A stretch of DNA of 64,000 nucleotides from Eledone cirrhosa (Eukaryota), in assembly GCA_964016885.1 (NCBI GenBank), contig OZ024741.1, positions 406,534,001-406,598,000 of the forward strand, given 5' to 3'. The position numbers and the translations under genes are program-made. Shown here in pieces: positions 13,432 to 25,508 of this stretch (positions are counted from its first letter, which is position 1; the number at the start of each line of letters is the position of its first letter). Below the pieces are notes generated by a model. The model did no database searches and was not told the origin of the DNA. It saw only the letters and a list, made by a program, of their open reading frames with translations.

Positions 13432-13771
13432 TATAAATTATGTCCTTAGAATCATTTGATAAGATATATACTCAATTTCCTTTCCCAATTAGCATAATCA
13501 ACCACACAAAAAAACAATTAAACCAGGCTATAAGATTAAAAGGCACCTGTGAAGAAATAATAGATAAATAAACGATAGCCATTTATTCGCGATCAACAGC
13601 CATAGAATATTTACCCATCATTTCAATAGCACGTGGAAATCGATTAAATATATCGTCAACCATACACAACTGGTTTAATTGTTTTTTTTTGTGTGGTTGA
13701 TTATGCTAATTGGGAGAGGAAATTGAGTATATATCTTATCAAATGATTCTTAGGACATAATTTATAGTATA
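13428..13771. repeat. Fold-back element: about 100-bp inverted arms (13428-13526 / 13671-13771) around a 145-bp spacer, flanked by (TA)n
   Basis: CTATAAATTATGTCCTTAGAATC...AAACCAG versus CTGGTTT...GATTCTAAGGACATAATTTATAG. Confidence 0.9.
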
Positions 13772-13871
13772 TTGCCCTGATTATTTAATTTATTAATTCA
13801 TCATTGAGCCACATCGTGAATGGTTGCCAAAAACATATCTATAACTCTGTCTAGTTTGTGTATATGTAAAT

Positions 13872-13925
<54 letters not shown>

Positions 13926-13937
13926 GCACACACACAC

Positions 13938-13992
<55 letters not shown>

Positions 13993-14193
13993 ATTCAAAG
14001 GTTGATAATGATGCTATCAAAATTCTACCAATATATGACCATCAAAGATTATCGACAAACACTCAAAGTGACATTATTGACACTCAGTCAATACTAGAGA
14101 AGCAGGAAAAGACATTTCTAAGCTTTGAAGAGTTATAGACAACAACATCAGATTGTACAGTTAACAAAGAAAGTAAAACCATAGATTCTTATA

Positions 14194-14668
14194 CTAGCTG
14201 GCCCCGTGACGTCAAAAATGACGGCTAATTGTAATATCTATACATAATATAAAAAAGATATGTTTGTTTGTTTCTTGGTTTGTTGGTTCGTTGGCTCGTT
14301 CATTCCTCAGTCGACGTAATCACCCCTTCCTTTCTCAGTCACCGTAATCACCCCTTCCTTTCTCAGTCACCGTAATCACCCCTTCCTTTCTCAGTCACCG
14401 TAATCACCCCTTCCTTTCTCAGTCACCGTAATCACCCCTTTCTTCCTCAGTCACCGTAATCACCCCTTCCTTCCTCAGTCACTGTAATCACTCCTTCCTT
14501 CCTCAGTCACCGTAATCACCCCTTCCTTCCTCAGTCACGGTAATCACCCCTTCCTTCCTCAGTCACTGTATACACCCCTTCCTTCCTCAGTCACCGTAAT
14601 CACCCCTTCCTTCCTCAGTCATCTCTACTGCGTTACGGACAAATACACAAGGCTATTAGATTAGTAGA
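14194..14668 (-). mobile_element. Non-autonomous Helitron carrying a 28-bp minisatellite (about 11 copies, 14305-14620)
   Basis: Minus strand starts TC, ends with hairpin CGTCA-TTTT-TGACG then CTAG, inserted at A/T. Repeat unit CAGTCACCGTAATCACCCCTTCCTTCCT. Confidence 0.7.
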
Positions 14669-16079
14669 TTCTGTTATTATGTCTCCTGTTCCAAATGACA
14701 GGCTGAGGCCATGCTGGGGCACCGCCATTTATATAGAAGACAAACACTTCATGTAACAAACGATGTGTCTTACTAATATTTAATATTATCGTATCTCACC
14801 ATGATGATGTTGTTGTTGTTATATTTGGACCTTCGTCATTTACGACGATGAATGATCCAGTTAATTTTCAATCAATGGAACTGCCTGCTAGCGAAATTAA
14901 CGTATAACTGGTTGAGCATTCAACAGACACGTGTACCCTGAATGATCTCAGATCTCGGGGAGATTCTGTGTGACACAAGGTGTAACAAGGCTGGTCTCTT
15001 TGAATTACAGGTACAACTAATTTTTTGCCAGTTCAGTGGACTGGAGCAACGTGAAATAAAGTGTCTTGCTCAAGGACTCAACACGCTGCCCCCCAGTCCT
15101 GGAATCGAACGCATACCTTACGATCGCGAGCCGAATATCTTGGCAACTAAGCCACGCATCTGTAAGTATGAAAGGCAAAGCTAACCTCGACGTTTAAGGA
15201 CGTAACTCTATGCCACGAGAGAATATTGTCCGACGCTCTACCGATTACTGCTGGCACACCGCCCTTTTTTGTTATATAAGTGTTTCTACTTTTGGCACAA
15301 GGCCAGCAATTACCCCAGTGCATTACTGGTACTTTTCTATTATATAATGGAATTTGACATAGCAGGTCGTAACACACAGAACTTATAAACAATCTCCACA
15401 ATTTATACAATAAACTAGTAATTCTCTGAAAATATTCCGAGAAAATCGGTGGCATATGACTAATGTATATCACGAAGTATTTAACAAAATGGTTATTAAT
15501 TCTACACATTGCTTTGTACAGCTAATATGAAAGCCTAACCCATACAAATGGAGAATATCAGTCATCCATTCAGAAATGGAATCCTTTCAAGAATATAGAT
15601 TATATTCTCACTAGAAAAAATGTCAGCCGAGGCTATAATTAAAGTAGTAATACTATGGTGTAGGCGGCATTTACAGTATAGATGGATCTAATTTAGAGAA
15701 TCTTAAGAGAGTGGAAAGCATTTTTCTATTTTACCATGCCACACAAGTGACATTCCTATAATGGTGTTTGGTACTTTAAAGATTATGTCGCTGCTTCTGC
15801 TGCTCCATTATAACTCGAAAGCTCTCATTCAGACAGAAGAGACATTTCAGAATTATTCCTGAATTATTTGACATGAAAGTAGAAGCCATCGAAAGGCATC
15901 ATTTTATTATGTATATATGTGTATGTATTATGTCTGTCTGTGTGTATGCATGTCTGTATGTCTATATAATGTGTATGTATGTATATATTATGTCTGTATG
16001 TATTATGTATGTATTAAGTATGTATTATGTATGTAATGTGTATGTATGTATATATTATGTATGTATGCATTATGTATGG

Positions 16080-16395
16080 ACCTGTAACTCCTGAGAGAAT
16101 CGTAGGGGCGACATACTAAGGTAGGTTTTAAGTCTGGTAGAGCCCATCTCCGCTCCAGGTCTGAATAAAGCAGATTTCTTCCAGAGAGGGATAGAAAATG
16201 AGAGAGAGAAAGTGGGAAAAATATATAGAGGAAGAATCGATTCCTAGTCCTAGACTGGTACCTTTTTATCGATCTCGAAAGGATGAAGGGCAAAGTTGAT
16301 TTCAGCAGAATTTGAACTCAGAGATTAGAGAGCCGGAATGGAAACAGCAAAGCATTCTCTCTCACTTTCTAACGATTCTGCTAATTCGCCGCTCA
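16080..16395 (-). mobile_element. SINE subfamily with a long alternative 3' half
   Basis: Head shared with the dominant SINE. The distinct segment CCCAT..CTCCAGG.CTGAA.A.AGCAGA is also seen at 35760-36085 and 58765-59010. Confidence 0.7.
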
Positions 16396-17047
16396 ATTTG
16401 TCTAATGTGTGTATAGAACTGTAACTCCTGGTGCAGTCCTAAGGGCGCCTAAATTATAATTAGCACTATAAAATAAAGCAATCTAACTATTCTCCATGTT
16501 AATATATATTATATACCTACGAAGCGGCGAATTGGAAGAGTCGTTAGAACGCCGGATAGAATAATTTGCAGTTTTCATTTCGAATCTCTGCTCTCTTGGT
16601 TCAAATGTCACCGAAGTCAAATTTTGCCTTTCATCCTTTCGAGGTCAATAAAAGAAAGTACAACTCATGTACTGAGGTCGATTCTTCAGCCACGTGCCTA
16701 TGTAATCTACTTAATCAAGGTCGATTTAAGACCAACCAATAGCAACAACAATAAATATAGTTTTTCAAATCCATTATCAACAATTAGTTTTCAGGGAAGT
16801 TGGAATGTTTATTAGTTATTAACTTCTCGTTAAACCTTCAGTGATGTTATAGTTACGTCGCTATTTAACCTCAGCTCTCATCAAATAGATGTATGACTAA
16901 TGCTAGCTTAAATCTAACCACTTTTCTATCGATTCTTGTGTCCTCGCTTTAGGACATTTGGGTGTGATTTGAGGGAGATTTTGTTGCTATATTTAGTTGA
17001 TCGAGAAACCATGTGGTGTCTGCATAATTAGTCTTGTTGTTACACAT

Positions 17048-17415
17048 TCTTCTTCTGTTTCTTCTTCTTCTTCTTCTTCTTCTTCTTCTTCTTCTTCGCC
17101 CACTTATTCCTGCGAGAGTCGTGGGTACAGATTTCTCAAACACTCCTTCCAGCGAATCCTGTCAGAAGCAACCGTTTCCAACTGATCCGACTGGAACCCC
17201 AAGCGTGACTAGCCAAGCTCACAGATATTATTCAACCATCTTGCTCTGGGTCTCCTGCCAATTGGTTTTGCCCGTAAAATCTGTCCAGCGATTCTTTCCT
17301 GGGACATTCTAACCACATGTTAATAGTATCGGAGCTGTGATCTCTGAAATTCGGAGAAGTAGTAGCTCTACCTGGAATGACTCTCTCATCTACGCACTCT
17401 ATCAAGTAACGTTAC
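17048..17415 (-). mobile_element. RTE-clade LINE 3' fragment with (GAA)n tail
   Basis: Reverse complement of the family at 12415-12795. (CTT)n at 17048-17097 is the tail. Confidence 0.75.
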
Positions 17416-17743
17416 TCCAATATTACACCTATGACATGTAAATGGACAAAATGTTTTCCCATAAACTCCAAATTATCTGTATAATTACAGAAGTAAGCCA
17501 TGATGCTATGAAGATGTGATCTTTATAAAGTTAAGACTTCTTTTAAATGTATGTTAAATCAAAGGTTCTCAAACTTCTTAGGCCACCACGCTCTCTCCCG
17601 GAGGGTAATACCCACAGAACCCCCAACCCTATTTTCAGAGAGACCTGCCTAAACACAAATTGTAAATAATATATAATAAATAAAATCGTTAATTCATATA
17701 TAATCTAATATGTTTAGAAAGTGAACAACACAAGATATAACTA

Positions 17744-17811
17744 CTCCATTACCAAAGGTTTCAGGATCACAGGCGATAATAATATACGCCTGGATCGGTC
17801 ATCAGACAGAG
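17744..17811 (-). ncRNA. Type I hammerhead ribozyme motif
   Basis: Minus strand: CTCTGT-CTGATGA-CCGATCCAGGCG..CGCCTGTGATCCT-GAAA-CC TTT GG-TA-ATGGAG. Core intact and stems I, II and III all pair. Confidence 0.85.
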
Positions 17812-17869
17812 AAGTTATAGATAAAAGATATGATTTTAAATCTCATTTCATATTTTTTATCCATAACAT

Positions 17870-17937
17870 CTCTGTCTGACGACCGATCCAGACGTATATT
17901 ATTATCGTCTGTGATCCAGAAACCTTTGGTAATGGAG
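17870..17937 (+). ncRNA. Type I hammerhead ribozyme motif
   Basis: CTCTGT-CTGACGA-CCGATCCAGACG..CGTCTGTGATCCA-GAAA-CC TTT GG-TA-ATGGAG. Predicted cleavage after GUA at 17931. Confidence 0.85.
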
Positions 17938-18266
17938 TATTTATATTTTGTGTTGTTCACTTTCTAATTAAATAGCTCTGTTCTATACATAGAGCACTCG
18001 TTTTTCCTTTGCTTTTCCTTCGGAATTACCTAACATATAATCTAATATATTCTATGTATAAATAAATATTATATATTTTTTATGTTACTATATATATATT
18101 ATGTATCATTTGATATTTAATATACTATTATATCAAAGAAATAGGATTTCGCTTCTAGCATAGCTTTATACAATTTGTATAAATATTTCGTATCTCCAAA
18201 GAAATACGGTTTTAGGAAGCCGTAGCTAACGCCCTCTGGTGATGTCCAGCAGAAGCAAGGGGGACA

Positions 18267-18310
18267 ACCGTCTATGCATTTCAGGCTTAACTGGCCATCG
18301 TCAGGACGGC
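18267..18310 (-). ncRNA. Minimal type I hammerhead ribozyme motif
   Basis: Minus strand: GCCGTC-CTGACGA-T GGC CAGTTAA GCC T-GAAA-TGCA(palindromic loop III)-TA-GACGGT. Confidence 0.85.
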
Positions 18311-18504
18311 CCCTCCCACCGCTTTCGATTGCTGGACTAGAAAACAGGCGAGAATATATACTTTTCTCGTCTGTGTAAATGAGGTGATTAATCTCATTTG
18401 CATATGAAGCTGCATAAGTTGGATCAACTTATAATAAAAAAGAAATAGGACGAACCAACTTATGCAGCTGTCTTCTAGTCCAGCAGTCGCAAGCGGTGGG
18501 AGGG

Positions 18505-18548
18505 ACCGTCCTAACGATGGCCAGTTAAGCCTGAAATGCATAGACGGT
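18505..18548 (+). ncRNA. Minimal hammerhead motif with mutated core (CTAACGA)
   Basis: ACCGTC-CTAACGA-TGGCCAGTTAAGCCT-GAAA-TGCA-TA-GACGGT. The G5A change is expected to inactivate it. Confidence 0.7.
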
Positions 18549-19068
18549 TGTCCCCCTTGCTTCTGCTGGACATCACCAGAGGGCGTTAGCCCCCGGTGTT
18601 TGCATAGCTACGGCTTCCTAAAACTGTATTTCTTTGGAGATACGAAATATTTATACTATTATATCATCTCTACCACTACCCCCTGAACCTTCTCAACGCC
18701 CCTGGGTGGGACAGTAGTGCCCACTTTCAGAACCTCTCTGTTAAAGCCGTAACGTTGTAGGGACTGGCAGAATTAATGAAGTGTAGAACTTAGGCAATTT
18801 AGTTACGTCTTTTTCAGTTCTGGGTTCAAATCCAGACGAAGTTGAAGTTATGTTTTATCCTCCTGTGATCGATAAAATTTAGTATCAAGAGTTGACCAAC
18901 AGTCCTCTTCCAATAAATGTGTGACCACGTGACTGTCTTAGAAATCGATATATCTATAGACCTAAAGCTATACAAGATCATCGTTTATTAATAGTCACGA
19001 AGAATATATTGAAAAAAACAACATACTAGTAAATGTAATGACTTTTCTTTCCATCCTCCACCTCTCTT

Positions 19069-19197
<129 letters not shown>

Positions 19198-19322
19198 TAC
19201 TCACTCTTCCCTGTGTATTACCCTTCTCTCTCTCTCTATCTATCTATCTATCTCTCTATCTCTCTATCTCTCTATCTCGCTATCTATCTATCTCTCTATC
19301 TATCTATCTACCAATCTATCTA

Positions 19323-19825
19323 TAAGCCGCCTCCTCTCTTCAAAAACGAAGGAGAGGCGGTGTTTTTGTGCGTAATAGCCATGGTGAAAGAGGTTGTATG
19401 GTGGACGCGTTTGAAAGGACTGAGGTCAGACACCTTTCTCTCTGGCCAACAACTGGTCCTTTTCTTCCGATATCATTTCGGAAGAAGGATCAGGATGGAG
19501 AGAGAGGTGCTCCATCCCAGCCGTTTTTATGAAAGATGGGTGAAAGTATGAGAATGGCCCGTGTGAATGGGCCTTCTCTCTACATCAGCCTGTCGGTGGA
19601 AAAGATGAAGGAACGAGGGAGCACCCTCTCTCTGTGCTCTTGAGGAGAAGGGTTGCACACTTTTTTCGGGGGTGTGTGCGACGCCCCAAAACGCCTCCTC
19701 CCTATTGAGGACTTTATTGTTAATTTTATATTTGTTATTTGTTTTCTTTACTCGCCTTTTTGTGTAAACTCCCCCCTTTGTATTTGTCCCCTTCTTTTGC
19801 GCCCTCGTGGCAATAAATAGAAATA
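19323..19825 (+). mobile_element. Tx1-clade LINE copy A (5'-truncated 3' end)
   Basis: Matches the ORF2 end and 3' UTR of copies B and D. Preceded by (TCTA)n, followed by AATAAA and (TCTA)(TCTG)n. Confidence 0.9.
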
Positions 19826-20037
19826 TATCTATATCTATCTATCTGTCTGTCTGTCTGTCTGTCGTTGATAGTGGACGTCTTTCACATCAGCTCTTCGATT
19901 TTGAATCACTACTTGGTTATTTGTGAGTGTATTATTTGAATTGTGTTATTATTGTTGACTCTAACCCCTCGTCTGGGACTGTAGACGTAGGGTAAATATA
20001 TTTTCGCCCCTTTTGGGTTGAAAATCTTTAATTTAAA

Positions 20038-21839
20038 ATGTTTATTGATATCGTTAAAAACGAGGAAGCCATATTGCAAGCTAACTCCACGCCCACCAAA
20101 AAAAGCGAGAAAGAGGGAACAACAATTCAAACGGTTGAACTACTCCTCCTCTCGAATGGAAAAAACACTATTAATTTTAGTGAAAACCCAAATTTTGAAA
20201 AAGATAACAGGGAAAAAATACCACAAAAATGGAATTAATAAAACCAACAACATTGCAACAACAAACAACAATGAACGAAACGAAAACAACAAAGACAGCA
20301 AAATTTCTTTTGCCCAAACGGTAAAAAAAAACGATCGAATACAAACCCATAGACATTACTAACGCTAAGCAAAATTTACTAAATGCCAGAAAATACGTAT
20401 CTTTTGGGGAGGATGTTTCTTTTACGATCAACTCCCCAGAAGAAGTTCGTCAACAGGCATACAGGAATACTATAACTTTCAGGACTATATCCAACGCAAC
20501 AAGAAAGCCAGCTCAATTGACAGAAAGTCAAATTGAGCTGGTTCTGAAAGACATTAAAAAAGACATACTCTTTTTTGAAAGAGGAAAGCTTTATGCCAGC
20601 ATTATGGTCCGAATGAAGGACCAAATTCTGGCTCAAAAATGCTCGGTGGCACCTATAGTGTCACCACAATACACCTTCTTCCCCAAATATAAAGGAAGAA
20701 GAACACAAAGACTAAGAATGTGGAGCTCAACGCCAGAAGTAGACATCTGGTCCGTCCTGACAGGATTCACGGACCTAGAAAAGGACATTCTAATATCAGC
20801 AGGTGAGTCCACCACTGGACTGTTCGGGGGGGGGGGGGAAAGTCTGGAGGTTCTCATACAGATGACACCAGAGAGAATCGCCGGAATACCCGACCGAGTA
20901 CTACTGGATGGTCGAACCTTTATTAATATTACGGTGGAAGGCAGGAGGCCCTCATGTTACCACTGCGCTGGCAGAGGTCACCTGAGGACTGCCTGCCCTC
21001 TACTAACAACAAAAAACCACTGCTACAAACACCACAACAACAACAAAAACAACCAGCACCACCACCATATAAACAACAAAATACACCACCATTACCACCA
21101 CCACCACAACGACAACAAAAACCAACAACACCACCTCCAGCACCACCACCACAACAACAACAAAAACAAAAGAGCACGAAACAAATCAGTCACACCCACC
21201 CACCCCACACAGAAAACAATCAAAAATACAGACACCAACACAACACTACCACAAAATATCCCCCTACCCCCGAACACGAACGAATACCTCTTTACATCGG
21301 AGCATAGCGAAGATGAAGGAGAGCCGTTCCGACCAGTAAAAAGGAAAAAAAGGAAACATACCACTAACAGAAACCAAACAAACACAGAAGAAACCAACAC
21401 AAGACAAAGCACCCCTCCCCATTACACAACACTAACATCGTCACAGAAAAAAACATTACAGTACACTTACATCAACAAACAAAACAAAAAACTGCTCAAT
21501 ATAATAAACAGCAACCCTTCGGTGCAAACGGAAGAGCCAAATTTTAAGACAGTGGATGACTCTCCACACCTCAAAATGATAAAGGTCCTCATGAACCTTT
21601 ATCAAACTTTAAAAAACGTTTATAAAGAGGACGTAGGGCCCCCCTGTAACAAACCGTTTAACCGAGTCCTCTTAAAAAGTTACCCACCCCCCTCCTCAGA
21701 CACCCACACAACTCCAAATACACCAACCCCACCACACACTAATACCCCCACACCACCACAAACCACCACCCCACCCAACAACCCCTCCACCACCCCCATG
21801 GAAACTGAACAGCCCGAACCCCGGGACGCAGAGAGGTAA
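20038..21839 (+). pseudogene. ORF1 of copy B (gag-like zinc knuckle), frameshifted
   Basis: CYHCAGRGHLRTAC (CX2CX4HX4C) and a Pro/Thr-rich tail. ORF pieces lie in different frames, so the start is uncertain. Confidence 0.8.
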
Positions 21840-21862
21840 GTGCCTCTTTCTCTACCACCAAC

Positions 21863-24800
21863 ATGGCTGTGTTAAGAGTAGGTTGTCTAAATGCGCGTGG
21901 CTTGGGCTCACCTTGAAAGCAAGCTAAACTTCTAAATGACCTCAGGTCACGAGGTATAAATGTGATGGTCATTTGCGAGGCCCGGATCAGCAGCGTGCAA
22001 CAACTAGCCCCCACCTATGATGACTTTGAGATGCACGCATCTCTCTGTCAGCCCGTAGGTGGGGGTGGGGTTGTCGTTCTGCTGCCAAAACATCTGGGCC
22101 TCGCTACACAGACGGTACACTTGCACCCGGAGGGTCGACTAGTGGTTCTGGACCTTGGCAGTGGTGAAGGCGAAGCTTTGAGGCTTGTCGCCGTTTACGC
22201 CCCATCGTCTGGGGACTTTTCTAGGGACGTCCCGCTCCTTGCTTTTAGTGGGGGACTGGAATGGTATCCTAGATGCACGTTGGGACTATGTAGGGGCATG
22301 TCCCGATAGAGGAGGATGTAACAACCTCAAGGGGTTAATCGGCCGATTTGACCTGGCCGATAGATATCGACTAGATTTTCCGACTCTGCCAACCTGGACT
22401 TGGACAAACCATAGCGGTCAATCTAGATCGTACCTAGATAGGTTCTTAGTTAGAATTAAGGATATGGACCTTTTAAGTTATCCAGAAATGCTCATGGTGG
22501 ACTATTCAGACCACAAGTTAGTGATCTGCGTAGTCCACCTTGATAGAACGCATAGGCAGGGACCCGGTTACTGGAAGCTCAACTTGTCCTTACCGGCAAG
22601 TAGAGCTTACAGGGACCAGATTAGAACCTTAGTTAAGGAGCAGTTGACGGGCGCATTCGTCAACAGCAGGTGGTGGGGCTCTCTGAAAAAGAGATTAGAG
22701 TAGTTTCAATAGGAGTTAGTAAGGAGTTAGCCTCAGATAGAAATAGGAAGGAAAGGGAGTTGGTAGTTAATGTTGAAGAGGCTATGAGAAGCGGCAACGT
22801 GGCCAGAGTGCTAGCGTCGAGAACGGCCTTGAGCCAGTTCTTCGACGCGAAACACGAAGGCTGCGTTGTCCGAATCAAAATACGTGCTCTGGGAAACGAG
22901 AGGACCAAAGCTGTTAGCTGGGCCCACGTGACAGAAGCCAAAAGTGGGATTAGATCCACTATCCGGTCTTTGCGAGACCAGGATGGACGGGTGATCCTTG
23001 AACCTAAGAAAATGTGCGAGGCCTTTCAAAGGCACTTTGCCCTATTGTTCGGGAGAGGCGGGGGGCCGGTTGGAGATGTGGATTTCGGTCCATACCTCGA
23101 CGGCCTGCCGCGTCTTTCATCTCAGCTGCTGAAATAGAGGACGTGCTGAGCCTATGCGGCAAACGCAAATCTCCAGGCCTCGATGGTCTACCCTACGAAC
23201 TATATATTAATATGCCGAACTTGTTCCCCAATCTCCTCGAGGCGGTCTACTTCAACTGGCAACAGAACGGGAGAATTGCCTGTTCCGTGAGCAAGGGCGT
23301 AGTCTCAATAGTGAGGAAGGACGAGAACAAAGGGGATGACATTAGTAATTTTAGGCCCATAACTCTGCTAACTGCAGAGTTAAAGATTTTGACCAAGGTG
23401 TTAGCGAAGAGGTTGGCGCTTGTCGTGGGGGGGCTGGTGGGAGATGCGCAGACATGCGCTATCCCGTCCAGGTCCATCCACGACAAGCTCCACCTCATGC
23501 GATACATCATAGAGAGGGATGGGAACGAACCCGGCTTTGGTGGGGCCCTGATAAATTTAGATCAGTCTAAAGCTTTCGATAGGATGGACCATGGTTACCT
23601 GGATGCGGTGCTAGCGGCGGCTGGTTTCGGACCCGTTTTCAGGGGCTGGATCACTGCCATGCACAGTAGCCGCATCTGCTCTAGAGTCAAGGTGAACGGC
23701 TACCTCTCGGAGCCGTTCGAAATCACCCGCTCCATCCGACAGGGGTGCCCTCTCTCATCCCTTCTGTACCTATTGGCTCTCGAGCCACTACTGCGGAAGT
23801 TGGAGTTGTTGCAGGGCATCCATTTGGAACCGGGATTGTACAAAGCGGTGTCGGCCTACGCCGATGACGTAACAGTAATGGTGTCGACCACCGCGGAAAT
23901 CGAGGCAATCGGCACCTTACTGGAGGAGTACGAAAGGTTGACAGGGGCTAAGCTGAACCGGGACAAGTCAGTCGCTTTGCAACTCGGCGAGTTGAGGGGC
24001 AAACCGATGTCGTCCGTCGGTATCGTCGGACGGTGGACGGAGGGCCCGGTGAAGTTGCTTGGGTCTGGTTCGGACCGGACCTCTAGGTGGAGAAAAACTG
24101 GGGTGAGGTGACGAATAGGGTGCTTGCACTGACCCAGAAGTGAGCCAAGTGCAAACTATCCCTGAAAGGTCGGGCGGAGGTGGCGAACGCTTACATAGCG
24201 TCCGTAATCTATTACCGCTTGACTGTCGTGCCTTGCCCCGGTGAGATCCTCGCCAAAATGGAGCGTGCTCTCTTTCACTTCCTTTGGAAGAAGAGGTCTC
24301 CCCTGGTGAGGAGATCCATCTTCTGTCAACACCCTTTGAAAGGAGGGCTGGGGATGCCGTGGCTAAAAATACGTTAACACGCATTGAGGCTACGGCACCT
24401 CCAGGTATTCCTCACTGGTCAACCGGTGTGGGCCCCGTTTGTGAGGCGAGCCTTCCCGAGGCTCGTCTCGTTCACCGAGCTACAGTCCTGGGTGAAGCAA
24501 AGACCGAGAAAACTGGGCGACTGGCACACCGAGTGTGCCCAGGCGCTCACGGCTCTCTGGCTGGCGGACCCGGCTACCGGTGGAGACTCCACCTCGTCAT
24601 TCTATAGTGGGCTGGTGGTTAGCAGGTGCGACGACACACTCGGAGAAACCCTGGGCATGGAGGAGGACGAACTGGCCAGCCTATTCGGTAGGACTTTCGG
24701 CCCGGGACCTATGGACAACTTCCAGAATTCCTTGGCCTGGCAGTGCTACCGAAGAGCTCTGCCCGTTCGGGATAAGCTCTGCAGACACGGGCGCCCGGGT

Positions 24801-25238
24801 AGGGATCCCTCGAAAAAGATCTGTCCCAGATGCGTGCGCGACGACGAAACCGTCGCGCACGCATTGGTACACTGCCCGGGCGTTACCGAACTGTGGGGCT
24901 ATGTCGAACAACTGCTGTCACGGGTGGGACCAATTAGGTTGACCACCGAGTCCATTGTAACGATAAAGGCACCTCCCCCCTTCAAAAATGAAGGAGAGGC
25001 GGTCTTCCTCTGTGTAATATCCATGATAAAAGAGTTTGTATGGTGGACGCATCTAAAAGGGCTGAGGTCGGACACCTTTCTTTCCGGCCAACAACTGGTC
25101 CTTTTCTTCTGATACCATTTCGGAAGAAGGATCAGGAGGGAGAGAGAGGTGCTCCACCCCAGCCAGTTTTATGAAAGGTGGGTGAAAGTTGCGAGAATGG
25201 CCCGTGTGAATGGGCCTTCTCTCTACCTCAGCCTGTAG
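21863..25238 (+). pseudogene. ORF2 of copy B: AP endonuclease + reverse transcriptase + C-terminal Zn finger, with stops and frameshifts
   Basis: GDWN, YLDRFL, YSDH, GPGYWKLN (APE); KSPGLDGLP, FRPITLL, LDQSKAFDR, RQGCPLS, YADD (RT); CPRC..ET..HAL.HCP. Confidence 0.95.
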
Positions 25239-25475
25239 GTGGAAAAGTATGAAGGAAGAAGGGAGCCCCTCTCTTTGTGCTCCCGTGGAGAAGGGTCGCA
25301 ATTTTTTTTTTTTGGGGGGGGGGGGGTGACCCCAAAACGATCCCTCCCTATTGAGGACCTTTTTGTTATAATTTTATTTGTTATTACATTTTTTTACTCG
25401 ATTTCTATGTAAGCCCCCCCCACCCCCCATATATGTGCTCCTTTCTTTTGTGCCCTCGTGGAAAATAAACAGAAA

Positions 25476-25507
<32 letters not shown>

Positions 25508-25508
25508 G

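Larger units (their letters stand above)
17712..18034. mobile_element. Fold-back Penelope-like non-autonomous insertion with paired hammerheads
   Basis: Inverted arms at about 17715-17832 / 17848-17965. Flanked by the 14-bp direct repeat ATATAATCTAATAT (17698-17711, 18035-18048). Confidence 0.75.
18136..18651. mobile_element. Second fold-back Penelope-like insertion with paired hammerheads
   Basis: Inverted arms at about 18177-18348 / 18468-18656. Flanked by the 15-bp direct repeat TATACTATTATATCA (18121-18135, 18652-18666). Confidence 0.75.
17560..18738. mobile_element. hAT-like MITE hosting two nested hammerhead fold-back insertions
   Basis: TIRs CAAAGGTTCTCAAA / TTTCAGAACCTCTC. 8-bp flanks TGTTAAAT (17552-17559) and TGTTAAAG (18739-18746) are consistent with a hAT TSD. 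Confidence 0.6.
19863..25475 (+). mobile_element. Tx1-clade LINE copy B, full length, inactivated
   Basis: Two-ORF structure, AATAAA, (TCTG)n flanks. Confidence 0.92.
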
